Shown here one piece after another: positions 48,509 to 58,159 of a stretch of 64,000 nucleotides of DNA. Source of the DNA: a virus. Position 1 is the stretch's first letter. Each line of letters opens with the position of its first letter. Under the pieces are notes generated by a model, which saw nothing but the letters and a program-made list of their open reading frames with translations, did not search any database and was not told where the DNA came from. Both the position numbers and the translations under genes were made by a program. The DNA is taken from positions 4,537 to 68,536 of the IMG/VR virus record IMGVR_UViG_3300042331_000508; one strand, 5' to 3'.

Positions 48509-48790
48509 ATGGTAAGAACGTGGACTTGCACGGTGTCCAATACACCGCCGTTTCTCAAGATCACCGGCTGGAAGCCGATCGTGGATGACGCTGCCACGGG
48601 GGCTGCCGCCAAGAGCTACCGTCAACAGCACGGGATCAAGGGCCGTGCCGTGGCGCGCAAAATGGGTATGTGTCCCTCGCATTTTTCCGAAATCGAGTCC
48701 GGCAAGCGGGGGTGGAACGGCGACAAAGCGGTGCGCTACTGGCACGCCGTGGAAGCCCTGAAAGGAGAATCAAATGGCACGGCAAACTGA
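48509..48790 (+). CDS. XRE-family HTH protein
   Basis: RQQHGIKGRAVARKMGMCPSHFSEIESGKR. Confidence 0.7.
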   Translation: MVRTWTCTVSNTPPFLKITGWKPIVDDAATGAAAKSYRQQHGIKGRAVARKMGMCPSHFSEIESGKRGWNGDKAVRYWHAVEALKGESNGTAN

Positions 48791-49898
48791 AGTTCTCAAG
48801 GATTACGCCGGTCACGGGCTGGAATTCAAGGCTGGCGAGCGGTATCTTTTGGAAGATCCGACTCTGGCGCATCTGCTGATGATGGGGGTGGCAGGCAAGG
48901 TCACGGATGTCGAGATTCAGAGTGATCCGTCCAGCAAGGATGTTCTGATCACTCGCAGCGGCGGCTTCGGTGACATTCTATTTATGACGCCGACGATCAA
49001 GGCGTTTCTCGCTTTGGGCAGCAAAGTCACCGTTTGCTGCCATCGCAATTACGCTGATGCCCTCTCGGCTTTTCCGCAAATAGGTTACATTCCATATCCG
49101 ATGCGGATGGGCCAAGTGATGCCCTACGGCTACCATGTTTGGCTGGAGGGGGTCATTGAGTTTGCGCCGGAACCAGAGCGACACGCCGTGGACCTGATCG
49201 CGGAGCGAGCTGGCGTGGAACTGGTCAGCAAAGAGCTTCTTTACTCCGTTCGCCCTGCCGATATGCAGTGGGCCAAGGAGAACTTTCCCCGCAATCGCAA
49301 GCCACGGGTAGGCGTGCAGCTCATGGCCTCCGCGCCGACGCGCACGTATCCGCACGAACTTATGCACAAAGCCCTGCTGGGTCTGCTCATGCATAATGTG
49401 GAAATCGCGATCTTTGGAAGTCCCGGCAGCGTAGAACTGACCGACGTCAATCCCAGTGTCTACAACATCGCCGCCGCCGCCAAGACGTTCGGGCAATCCT
49501 GCGCGGTATTGGCTGATTGCGATGTTGTCCTCGCGCCGGATTCGGCCATGTGCCATGTGGCCGGTGCGCTGGGCCTGCCGACTGTTGCTTTGTATGCGCC
49601 ATTTCCTTGGAAAGCGCGCACGGCTTATGCGCCGTCCATCCGTGCCTTGAGTGGCAATCTTAAGTGCGCGCCTTGCTATTGGCATGGACGCGGCTCGGCT
49701 TACCCGGCGCACGGGCCTTGCGCGCAGACGGGGAAATGCGAAGCGCTGGCGACAATCGAGCCGGAACGCATCGTGCGCGAAACTATGCGACTGCTGGAGG
49801 AGAAACGGACTCGGGGGGGTCAAGTGGCTTCTGGCAGCGCGGGCGGCATCTCATCTGGGGATGAGGTGCCGCCCACAACTTTGCCTTACGAGCTATGA
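48774..49898 (+). CDS. Glycosyltransferase family 9 (heptosyltransferase-like)
   Basis: RSGGFGDILFMTP, ASAPTRTYP, CDVVLAPDSAMCHVAGALGLPTVALY, CAPC. Confidence 0.88.
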   Translation: MARQTEVLKDYAGHGLEFKAGERYLLEDPTLAHLLMMGVAGKVTDVEIQSDPSSKDVLITRSGGFGDILFMTPTIKAFLALGSKVTVCCHRNYADALSAFPQIGYIPYPMRMGQVMPYGYHVWLEGVIEFAPEPERHAVDLIAERAGVELVSKELLYSVRPADMQWAKENFPRNRKPRVGVQLMASAPTRTYPHELMHKALLGLLMHNVEIAIFGSPGSVELTDVNPSVYNIAAAAKTFGQSCAVLADCDVVLAPDSAMCHVAGALGLPTVALYAPFPWKARTAYAPSIRALSGNLKCAPCYWHGRGSAYPAHGPCAQTGKCEALATIEPERIVRETMRLLEEKRTRGGQVASGSAGGISSGDEVPPTTLPYEL

Positions 49899-50242
49899 AT
49901 GCGATGTGTCCTAATTGCGAGGGCATGGGCGTGATTCACGCTCAGTTTGGTTTTCCTTCCGATCAGGACAACGAGGACGCGGCATTTGTCATGCCAGAGC
50001 GATGCTGCGACCGCTGCGAAGGGCAGGGGCATCTCTTTGGCGACCAGGCTAAGCAGGTTCTTGCCGGCCGCGAGTTGTTCAAAGCGCGTCACGCCCGCGA
50101 CATCTCGATGCGCAAAGCGGCTAACGATCTTGGGGTTGTTCCATTTTGGAACTGGCAAGAGGCCGAATGGGGGATGTGGCCCTTGGCAAAGATCCAAGAG
50201 TTGAAAAACAAACTGGAGGAAAAATGGCCGCTCGATGGATAG
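49895..50242 (+). CDS. Zn-finger + HTH protein
   Basis: CPNCEGMG, CDRCEGQG, ISMRKAANDLGV. Confidence 0.6.
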   Translation: MNAMCPNCEGMGVIHAQFGFPSDQDNEDAAFVMPERCCDRCEGQGHLFGDQAKQVLAGRELFKARHARDISMRKAANDLGVVPFWNWQEAEWGMWPLAKIQELKNKLEEKWPLDG

Positions 50243-50463
50243 CCGTAGGACTGCTTGCCGCCGGTTATGCGGGTTGCGCCCATCCAATTTGGCGCGACAC
50301 CGCGCCGTGGAACTTTCCTCCCGCCGAGGAGTGGAACAAGCCTCTGGAGTTTTCTTGGCAGAACGCGGTGGACAAATACCGGGAATGGACGGCGCCGGAA
50401 GGTATGGAGTGGGACTTCTTAACCCGCAGCTACCGGCCGATTTTGACCGAATGGCATGACTAG
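50224..50463 (+). CDS. Putative lipoprotein
   Basis: MAARWIAVGLLAAGYAGC lipobox-like. Confidence 0.45.
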   Translation: MAARWIAVGLLAAGYAGCAHPIWRDTAPWNFPPAEEWNKPLEFSWQNAVDKYREWTAPEGMEWDFLTRSYRPILTEWHD

Positions 50464-50608
50464 CGCGATCCTTATAGCTCTCACGGGCCTTGCTTACGCG
50501 GTGATCGGCGTCGAGCAGGCCATCAACGGCAAAATCCCACAGGCCATGATCTGGTTTGGCTACAGTTTTGCCCAAGCGGGGCTGTGGTGGGTAACGATCA
50601 AATTATGA
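50456..50608 (+). CDS. Small membrane protein (50 aa)
   Basis: Read manually: MTSAILIALTGLAYAVIGVEQ..MIWFGYSFAQAGLW. Confidence 0.5.
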   Translation: MTSAILIALTGLAYAVIGVEQAINGKIPQAMIWFGYSFAQAGLWWVTIKL

Positions 50609-50706
50609 CTTTGGCGGCAACAAGGAATGCGGCGGTGTGTTCACTTTCACTGGTCATTCATATCCCTTGTTCCGTAACCGCATAAAACGGAACCCGCCAA
50701 CTACTT

Positions 50707-51306
50707 ATGTTTGCACTCGAAACCATCTATCGTCGAATCTGGGGCGGCCAGCCGCGCTTGGTCGCTGAAGTAGGAGTCAATGAACCGGAGAAATGCTCCG
50801 TAGCGCCGTGGCTGCGCAAGGGCGTGGAAGGCATCTTGGTCGAACCGCTGCCTTGGTGCTGCGCCCGCTTGCGCGAAGCATTTCCGACCGCCAAGGTTGT
50901 TGAAGGCGTGGTAGGAGCGACCAGAGGCGAGGTCAAACTCTACGACCGTGGCGAGGGGAGCTGGATCGAAGACGTTCCCAAAGGCCAAGCGCCGGATGAG
51001 CACCACAAACATTCGGCCATGAATCGCGACAGCTTCGATCCGCAGTTTGTGCGGACAGTGACCAGCTATCCTTGGTGGAGCTTGGAAAAGCACCAGCTTG
51101 ATGTGCTTTGCGTGGATACCGAAGGCGCCGAATGGTTTGTCATCCGCGACATGCGGACGGAGCCAAAGCTGATCCGGCTGGAGATGCACTTTACCCACAC
51201 CGGATGGCGCAACCCGTTCTATCAGGAAATTTGCGACAGCCTTCATTCTTGCGGCTACGAGATTTTGGGCGAGGATGTCAGCGATATTTTATGGGCGAAA
51301 TACTAA
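50707..51306 (+). CDS. FkbM-family methyltransferase
   Basis: AEVGVN, GILVEP, LDVLCVDTEGAEWFVI, PKLIRLE. Confidence 0.8.
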   Translation: MFALETIYRRIWGGQPRLVAEVGVNEPEKCSVAPWLRKGVEGILVEPLPWCCARLREAFPTAKVVEGVVGATRGEVKLYDRGEGSWIEDVPKGQAPDEHHKHSAMNRDSFDPQFVRTVTSYPWWSLEKHQLDVLCVDTEGAEWFVIRDMRTEPKLIRLEMHFTHTGWRNPFYQEICDSLHSCGYEILGEDVSDILWAKY

Positions 51307-51650
51307 ATTCGAGCGAAGAAATTCACCACGGGGCAAAATCCGTTCGCGCGGGCTACCACATCTATTGGAAGTGGCGGAAACAGCGCAAATACTTCGCGGG
51401 CACAACGAGGTGCGGATTGACAATCCATGACTTTATCAACGCAGGGCTGGGCTACAAAGAGGCGGGGATTGCCTTGGCAACAGCCACAATGCCCATGTGG
51501 ACCTTGGATCGAGCGCAAGCACAGTTCTTTTCGGCCTCTTATTTGGAAATGCTGAGTTGGGATCTGGATTACATAACGAAGGATAAAAAGCATAAGCTGC
51601 ATTTGGAAAAAGCCGTCAAAGTGAAAAAAGAACGCCATCGTCCGAATTGA
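51291..51650 (+). CDS. Hypothetical protein
   Basis: 119 aa from ATG 51291. Confidence 0.45.
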   Translation: MGEILNSSEEIHHGAKSVRAGYHIYWKWRKQRKYFAGTTRCGLTIHDFINAGLGYKEAGIALATATMPMWTLDRAQAQFFSASYLEMLSWDLDYITKDKKHKLHLEKAVKVKKERHRPN

Positions 51651-51665
51651 CACGCCTCCTTCGAC

Positions 51666-51911
51666 ATGGCGGCGGCTGACTGGGCAGAAATTTATGCGAG
51701 CTACACAGATGCGGAGCTTGCGTCCGAGATTGAGGATTTGAAAAAGCTGGCCTCGCCCTTTGCCAGCCAACAGGTCGGGAGCAAGTCCTACACCAAGGAT
51801 CTGCGCGAAGTGCGCGACCGGCTTCAGGCCGCCAACAGAGTAAAACGGATGAGAAACTATCGGGAAGAGGACTTCACCGCCGTTGCCGATTTTTCGGGAG
51901 TCACTGTTTAA
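51666..51911 (+). CDS. Head completion protein (gpW-like)
   Basis: 81 aa immediately before portal; SQQVGSKSYTKDL. Confidence 0.65.
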   Translation: MAAADWAEIYASYTDAELASEIEDLKKLASPFASQQVGSKSYTKDLREVRDRLQAANRVKRMRNYREEDFTAVADFSGVTV

Positions 51912-53648
51912 GTGGAGCAAAAAATCACATTTTTCGACAAAGCACTGGCCGCCGTCTCACCTGAGGCGGCTGTTCGTCGTTTAACGGCTCGCTACTGGCT
52001 GACCGAATTTGAGCGCGGGGATTGGAAGGCCGAGCAGCGGGGTTACAGCGGTGGCCGCAGCCGTCACGCCGCCTCCGAATCCGCTCGCCGCAACCGGCAG
52101 CGGATTGACCGCGTTTGGGAGGCACGGGACATGGAGGAGAAGTTTCCGTTTGTGCGCGGCCTGCTCGACAAGCTGGTGCAATATACTTGCGGGTCAATTA
52201 CTTACCAAAGCCGCACGGGAGACACGGAGATGGATGCGGCCTATCAAGACTACTTCCACGATTGGTGCGGACGAGCGGATCTAACCGGACGCTTCCGCTT
52301 GGTGGAGCTTCTTCAGCTCGGTTTTCGCGGCATGGTGAGGGATGGCGAGTATGGCTGGATTCTTGTTCCTGACGGCGACGAATTGCGCCTCCAGCCCATC
52401 GAAGCCGACCGGATCGGCGGCCCCGACCGGATTAATTCCGACGAGTCCAATATCCAGGGCATCAAGATCGACGAATACGGAAGGGTGGTGGGTTACGAGA
52501 TCTACAAGCGATCCCGCATGGGCCAATACAACTTGGAGATGGAGATCGGGCCGGATTCCTTCCTGCACCTTTTCCGTCCCATCCGCGCCGACCAATATCA
52601 CGGCGAGAGTTGGATGAGCTGCGCCCTTCCGCACGCGCGGGACATTCACGAACTTTTTGGCTTTGAGAAGCAGGCCATGAAATTCGCGGCGGCGTTTGCG
52701 GGCTTTATTCGCCGCAAGGACAGCGTTCCGACCGGCTCCGGTCTGGATTGGCTGACGAAGAAAGACGGATCGGGCTCAACCAATTCGATGCGAGTCGAGG
52801 CCGGAATGATCAAGCGGCTTCAGGAAGGCGAAGACATTACGTTCCCCGGCAGCACGGGCCGTCCTTCTGCCAACCTCATGCAGTTTGTCCAGATTCTCGT
52901 CAGGGAAATCGCCTTGGGCATGAACTTGCCCTACGGGTTTGTTTACGACATGGCCCAGCTTGGCGGCGTGACCGCCCGCATCGAAGTCATGCAGGCCATG
53001 CGCGCCATCGCGACTTACCAGCAGCTCATGGTGGACAAGGTGCTCAATCGGCTGCGCGACATCGTGATCGAGCGCGGCATCGCCATGGGCGCGGTTCCGT
53101 GGCATCCCGATTGGCAGCAGGGTAGCTGGAACTTCGGCGCCCGCTTGACCGGCGATACCGGCAACTATGTTCAAGAACAACTGCTCCTTTTGCAGAACGG
53201 CCTGATCACGCGCGGCAAGATTGTCGAGGAGATCGACGGCAGCAGCAGCTTGGAAATCAGCCGCACCTTGGCTCGCGAAGTCAAAGAGCTTCAGGAAGTT
53301 GCGGCCCAGAGCGCCGTGCCAATCGAACTCATCTCGCCGTCGCTCAGCAATGCGACCCAGATGCTGGCGGCCATCAACATGCCGCCCGCCCCGCCCCCGC
53401 CAGCGCCCAAGGGCTACATTGCCAAGGTCGGCGAGAAGCCCGCCGCGCAACTCATCGAAGTGCTGACGGCCTATGCCGAAGGCAAGCTGGAGCGCGAAAG
53501 CGCGATCCAAAGCCTGGTCTTCGTTTACGGCGTCCCGCGCACCAAGGCCGAAGCCCTTGTGCCGGAAAAGCGCCCCAAAGTGGAGCAAACTAATGGAAGC
53601 GGAAATTCAAACAGCGGAAGCGTCACAGCAAGCGGCGGCGATGAATGA
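51912..53648 (+). CDS. Portal protein, lambda family
   Basis: RDGE, LQPIEADRI, GIKIDEYGRVVGY, HLF..RADQYHGES, IALGMNLPY. Confidence 0.92.
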   Translation: MEQKITFFDKALAAVSPEAAVRRLTARYWLTEFERGDWKAEQRGYSGGRSRHAASESARRNRQRIDRVWEARDMEEKFPFVRGLLDKLVQYTCGSITYQSRTGDTEMDAAYQDYFHDWCGRADLTGRFRLVELLQLGFRGMVRDGEYGWILVPDGDELRLQPIEADRIGGPDRINSDESNIQGIKIDEYGRVVGYEIYKRSRMGQYNLEMEIGPDSFLHLFRPIRADQYHGESWMSCALPHARDIHELFGFEKQAMKFAAAFAGFIRRKDSVPTGSGLDWLTKKDGSGSTNSMRVEAGMIKRLQEGEDITFPGSTGRPSANLMQFVQILVREIALGMNLPYGFVYDMAQLGGVTARIEVMQAMRAIATYQQLMVDKVLNRLRDIVIERGIAMGAVPWHPDWQQGSWNFGARLTGDTGNYVQEQLLLLQNGLITRGKIVEEIDGSSSLEISRTLAREVKELQEVAAQSAVPIELISPSLSNATQMLAAINMPPAPPPPAPKGYIAKVGEKPAAQLIEVLTAYAEGKLERESAIQSLVFVYGVPRTKAEALVPEKRPKVEQTNGSGNSNSGSVTASGGDE

Positions 53649-53772
53649 GTTGCGGTCCCTCGTGGACCGCGCTGACAAGCTGACGATGGACTTGGCCATT
53701 GCCCGCCGTGATCTGCAGCAGCTTCGGAACGGGATGCAGATGTTTATTCACAGGTGGGGGACAGTGGTATGA
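53593..53772 (+). CDS. Small coiled-coil protein
   Basis: 59 aa; stop overlaps ATG 53769. Confidence 0.45.
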   Translation: MEAEIQTAEASQQAAAMNELRSLVDRADKLTMDLAIARRDLQQLRNGMQMFIHRWGTVV

Positions 53773-56700
53773 AATTGGTGCGCCACGAATTGGCCGGAAA
53801 GTTTCGTATTTCGCGGGAATACATTAAGTGGAAGTCGCAGGCGGCAACAATGACTCCCGCTGACTTTCTGAAAAAGGCTTTGCCTTTTGGGAAAGGAGGC
53901 GCGCATGGACCGGCTGTAGAGAAATACCGAAAGGCTATCCGGTCAGGGGAAAAGATTGATGCGCCGCAACTTTTTGTAAACCGCGCGCGCGGCGGCGGAT
54001 TCAATCATCCGGCGAATTTCAAAGTCACCGGCCATGAGGGAAGGCATCGCATGGTGGCTGCACAGCAAGAGGGCATCACTAAGGTTCCGGTGGAAATCGT
54101 GGCCTACCAAGAGCCGCGCTTTCCCGATCGTTCCCCAGCGTTGCGTAAAGCCATGAAGATGCCGAGGCACTTCAAGCCGGAGAACAAAGAAAGCAGGTTT
54201 GCCCGAATTGACAGGGGACGACTTGAGATGAGTAGTCGCCGCCAAGAGCCATTGCCAATTGGATATGAAGCTGGGATTCCACTGACCGGCAGGGTTCCAA
54301 GAGATCGTTGGGTCAAAAAGATCAGAGATGAGGACTTGGACCGGCGCGATGCCAATTTGCTTCGCGCGGGCGTGGCCGGAGCAGTCGGAGGCGCACTCTT
54401 ACGTAAGAGTTACCGGCCCGGAAAACTTATTCCAAGCGGCGCAAAAGTAGGTCCTGCGCGCGCCTATTTGCGCGCAATGCCGACGGGCAGTGCCGCAGGT
54501 TTCGGCGCGGCGGCCGGAATTGCTGGCGTTTTAGGCATTCGACAGTTGACCAAGCACCGCCGCGATCCTTACGGAGAGCGTCAGAGAGGAGACAAAAAGG
54601 CCGAAAGCGTTCCGGCTCTTGCCGGTATAGGGGCAGCTGGATATGGCGCTTACAGGATCTTACGTAAGAAGTTCAAGATGTCGGATGGACGTTTTGAATT
54701 TGCCGAAAAGAAAAAGAAGGAGATAAACCCATATCTAACCGCGGGCCTTTCTGGTGCTGCATCCGGCGCCGGTCTTGGCGGCCTAGCCCTGCTTCGCAGG
54801 GGAGTAGGTCTCGGCGGCGCCCTTAAAACCGGCGCTCTGGGAGCCTTGTTTACCGGCGGGGTTGTTGGCGGTGGCAGCATTGTAGGAAGCAAAATCGTAG
54901 GCGAACCCAAACCCAAGGAGCGCGCGCCCTTTGCCATCCGTTCTGCGGTTGGCGGTGCCATCGTTGGCACGGCGGCGGGGGCTGCGGGCGGCCTGCTCAT
55001 GCGCCGAGTTCCCAAAATTAACCGCAAAATTGCCGGTCTCGCCAATGAATGGCGTCCAGCTAATTGGCTAACCAAATCTGGCTCTCTCAAAGCCACGGGC
55101 GTCGGTGCAGTGGCCGGTGGCGGCTATGGCGCATTTACCGGAGCCGATGAAGGACAACAGGTGGACACCATTCGCAATCTTCGCAAAGACATCCGCAAAA
55201 TGTCGGCAACTAGCCGCACCATTGAACTGGCTGGATGTTGCAACAGCTGCATGAAGCAGCGGATTCAACGCTCGACAGAGTTCATCAAAAGCAAACTCAA
55301 GAACAAAGTAAAGATGCAATCGACTTCTGAAACCATTGAGCTGGAAAAACCGTTTCATGGCTACAACAAGAAGCGCCATGCCAAGACCGGCGGCCTGAAC
55401 GACAGCTACCGCAAGCAATACAACCGAGAAAATGGCAGCAACCTCAAGCGTCCGGTCACGACCGAGCCGAGCAAACTCAAGCCGGGTAGCAAGTCGGCCA
55501 AGCGGCGCGCCAGCTTTTGTGCGCGCATGGGAGGTATGCCGGGTCCTACGAGCAAGGATGGCAAGCTGACGCCAAAGGGAGCCGCTTTGAAGCGGTGGAA
55601 TTGTTCCACCGAGCAAAAACTTGTGGAGTTCGGCATTGCGGGGAGAGCTTTGCAAAAATCGCTCTTCATCGGAAAGGCCAAGCCCCCGATCCGCCTCCCG
55701 TATCCTAAGGGAGAAATCATCAATCCACTTGTTGACAATGTAAAGCACCCGACAAAGCAAGCAATGCTTGTCGATATGCGCAAGCGTCAGCCCTCGTGGA
55801 ACCGTGGCATCAAAAATAAACTTCGCAACTTCGTCGAAGACTATTTGATGTCCGACAAATCGCAGCCGTTGGAATTTCAACTGACGGAAGAACAGCGTCA
55901 GCTGCGCAACGCCGCCCTTATTGCCGGAGGTGTCGCGGTTCCGGTCGGCACGGCCGCTTATCTTGGCATTCGCTCAATCAAAAAAGCCAATGCCGCAAAT
56001 GAGGCCATGTATAAAACCGCGGTTGCCGGTGGGGCCCGCCCCGCCGATGTCCTCGGCAAATACGTCACGGGCAAAGATCGCAAAGTGGCTCGCGGCACCC
56101 CGCTGGCGCTCCCGCCGTCTGAATTCGCCAAACAGTCTTTGCGCAAGCGCGGCCTCGGAGAAAATGGGCCAGCCATTAGTAAAGTAGACCGCTACCGCCG
56201 CATTGCCGCTGAGCGGGCAACCTTAACGTCCCGCAGAGGGCAAATCAGCCTTCCGCTCGGCTCAAAATTGCGCGGGGAACTTATCATGCGCAAGTCCGCC
56301 GATCGCGGCCGCATGCGGGCAGGCAGACAATTGCGAACAGACCGCTCGTCCGCCCTTCGTCCGATCATCAAAGATTCGTTGCCCGAAGGTCGCAAGTCTG
56401 TGCCCGTTGGCAGCAGCAAAGTTACCCTGAAGTCTGGCGCCGTGGGTCAGGTTGAGCATGCCCCACTCATGAGTTCGGAGCGTATGATCTCCACAGGTAA
56501 AAATCTGCAAGAGGGTATTAGAAATCCCGCTTTGCACAGCAGGGGCGAGCGCAAAAATATGATTGCTGCCTTGGCGTTGCTGCGCCGCAAATTCAAATTT
56601 GCATCTAATCAGCCGACTCACGCTTTTGATATTTGGGTCCGCAACGAAAGAACTGGCCGGGCTTCAGGCTTTAAAGACTACGTGCGCGGCGAAGACTTGG

Positions 56701-58139
56701 TGGATCGCGAGGGCCGCGCCGCCACCGTCACACTTCCTACGTTTATCAGCTCTGCTCGCCGTGAAGCAGAAAAAGGATTCCGCACAGCGCGCCGCACCGC
56801 TCGCCTCGGGAAAGATGTGACAGAGGTTGTGCAGGGCAGGAAGACCAAAAAGAGAGAATGGGAGAAGGGATACTTTCAGAAAGCTGTCGCCGTCGCGGCT
56901 CTGACCGGAGGACTTGCCGCCCATGGCCTTGTCATGCGCCGCGCCCTGCGGCCAAACGCCCCCAAATGGGTGAGCGGTTACTCCGATAGCGTGAAGGGCG
57001 CCACCAAATACGTTGTAGATCAGAAGAATAAAATGCGGGATTCGGTAACGAAGAGCGTTGGCCTGATGAGCGCGCGACTCAACCACACGATCGTGCTTTT
57101 TGAGGACAAGCCCAAGAGCACTTGGAAAAAAGCGGCAGGCGTGGCGGCAGGGCTGGGAACAGCCGCGCTCGGCGCGAGCATGCTGCCAGCCGCCTACAAA
57201 ATGGCAAAAATCCAAATTCGCCATGGCGGCAACGTCGCAAAAAGAAAAGTGTTTAAGTCGCCGAAAAGCGACCCCTATAACGGCGGGCGATTTGTTTCTG
57301 ACTATCTCGATGCATCGCAGGCCGCTCTTAACAGCGGCATTCATGGAAAAGTGATTGGCAAAGTTCTGCAAACGGCGAAGCAAAAGCCAGGCGGAATGAC
57401 AGCTGCCGTATTGCGCAAAACGGGCGTTGCCGGAGACGATTTCAAGGTCAGTCATTATGCCAGGTTCAGGGCGGGTCAAAAAGAAGCTCTTGGCCATTGG
57501 GACTGGGAGGTTGGCCAAAGAGTCAAAAGCAAGTCCGGTCACGCCCGGATGGCTAAACGCCGCGATGCGGCTCAGAAAGAAATACAAGACCGACTCTACA
57601 ATTACGGTCAAAATGAAAAAGAGGCCATACGCCATGTAGCGACGAGCACGCGCAACAAGGATGTTCGCGATTATTTCGATCAATTGGCCGCCCATAAAAA
57701 GGGCGCGGCAAAAATGTATGCGCGGCGCCTTGCCTTGGCTCCCGTGGCCGTTGTCGGCGGCGCGGGCGTAGCGGCAGCTTCCAGCCGCAAGGAGTTTTCC
57801 TATTACGATGCAGATATGGAAGGGTGGGATCTTCGCGATGCACGCGGCCGCAGCGCCCGAGTGTTTGCGCCCAACAGCAAGCGGAGGGTCCGGCGAGAAT
57901 CCAAATGGCATGAGCGCAAGCGGAACCAGCGCAATTTGCTTATCGGGGGCGGCCTTGTTGCTGCCATTGGCACTGGCGCAGGCGCCTTGGCCATTGGCGG
58001 GGCGGGCCGCGCAAAAGCAGTAAGTGCAGTCAAAAACCGCATGATGGGCATGATCAACAGGGTTCGGCGCAACCGTAGCATTCGGCCCAAGCCGAGCAAA
58101 GAGTGGCAGCCCACGCTGCTTCCCGCCGCGACGGCATAG
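53769..58139 (+). CDS. 1,456-aa modular basic protein: ParB-like N-terminal module, DUF6321-like module, Gly/Ala-rich hydrophobic modules; putative internal virion polyprotein
   Basis: GHEGRHRMVAA..KVPV; GGLN..YNRENGSNLK.PV..RRASFCARM..ALKRWNC; repeated (M/F)S-x-(I/L/V)E(F/L) linkers; between portal and protease. Confidence 0.7.
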   Translation: MKLVRHELAGKFRISREYIKWKSQAATMTPADFLKKALPFGKGGAHGPAVEKYRKAIRSGEKIDAPQLFVNRARGGGFNHPANFKVTGHEGRHRMVAAQQEGITKVPVEIVAYQEPRFPDRSPALRKAMKMPRHFKPENKESRFARIDRGRLEMSSRRQEPLPIGYEAGIPLTGRVPRDRWVKKIRDEDLDRRDANLLRAGVAGAVGGALLRKSYRPGKLIPSGAKVGPARAYLRAMPTGSAAGFGAAAGIAGVLGIRQLTKHRRDPYGERQRGDKKAESVPALAGIGAAGYGAYRILRKKFKMSDGRFEFAEKKKKEINPYLTAGLSGAASGAGLGGLALLRRGVGLGGALKTGALGALFTGGVVGGGSIVGSKIVGEPKPKERAPFAIRSAVGGAIVGTAAGAAGGLLMRRVPKINRKIAGLANEWRPANWLTKSGSLKATGVGAVAGGGYGAFTGADEGQQVDTIRNLRKDIRKMSATSRTIELAGCCNSCMKQRIQRSTEFIKSKLKNKVKMQSTSETIELEKPFHGYNKKRHAKTGGLNDSYRKQYNRENGSNLKRPVTTEPSKLKPGSKSAKRRASFCARMGGMPGPTSKDGKLTPKGAALKRWNCSTEQKLVEFGIAGRALQKSLFIGKAKPPIRLPYPKGEIINPLVDNVKHPTKQAMLVDMRKRQPSWNRGIKNKLRNFVEDYLMSDKSQPLEFQLTEEQRQLRNAALIAGGVAVPVGTAAYLGIRSIKKANAANEAMYKTAVAGGARPADVLGKYVTGKDRKVARGTPLALPPSEFAKQSLRKRGLGENGPAISKVDRYRRIAAERATLTSRRGQISLPLGSKLRGELIMRKSADRGRMRAGRQLRTDRSSALRPIIKDSLPEGRKSVPVGSSKVTLKSGAVGQVEHAPLMSSERMISTGKNLQEGIRNPALHSRGERKNMIAALALLRRKFKFASNQPTHAFDIWVRNERTGRASGFKDYVRGEDLVDREGRAATVTLPTFISSARREAEKGFRTARRTARLGKDVTEVVQGRKTKKREWEKGYFQKAVAVAALTGGLAAHGLVMRRALRPNAPKWVSGYSDSVKGATKYVVDQKNKMRDSVTKSVGLMSARLNHTIVLFEDKPKSTWKKAAGVAAGLGTAALGASMLPAAYKMAKIQIRHGGNVAKRKVFKSPKSDPYNGGRFVSDYLDASQAALNSGIHGKVIGKVLQTAKQKPGGMTAAVLRKTGVAGDDFKVSHYARFRAGQKEALGHWDWEVGQRVKSKSGHARMAKRRDAAQKEIQDRLYNYGQNEKEAIRHVATSTRNKDVRDYFDQLAAHKKGAAKMYARRLALAPVAVVGGAGVAAASSRKEFSYYDADMEGWDLRDARGRSARVFAPNSKRRVRRESKWHERKRNQRNLLIGGGLVAAIGTGAGALAIGGAGRAKAVSAVKNRMMGMINRVRRNRSIRPKPSKEWQPTLLPAATA

Positions 58140-58159
58140 TTGACTAGAAAGAGCAATTT

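Larger units (their letters stand above)
42033..54669. repeat. Dispersed palindrome CTTACGTAAG (6 copies)
   Basis: 42033, 43490, 44613, 45193, 54398, 54659; three extend to CTCTTACGTAAGAG or longer. Confidence 0.8.

Noticed and set aside
53769-58139. Stop-codon recoding as the explanation for the long modular ORF
   Set aside because: Open in the standard code, and TAA, TAG and TGA all end well-supported genes elsewhere
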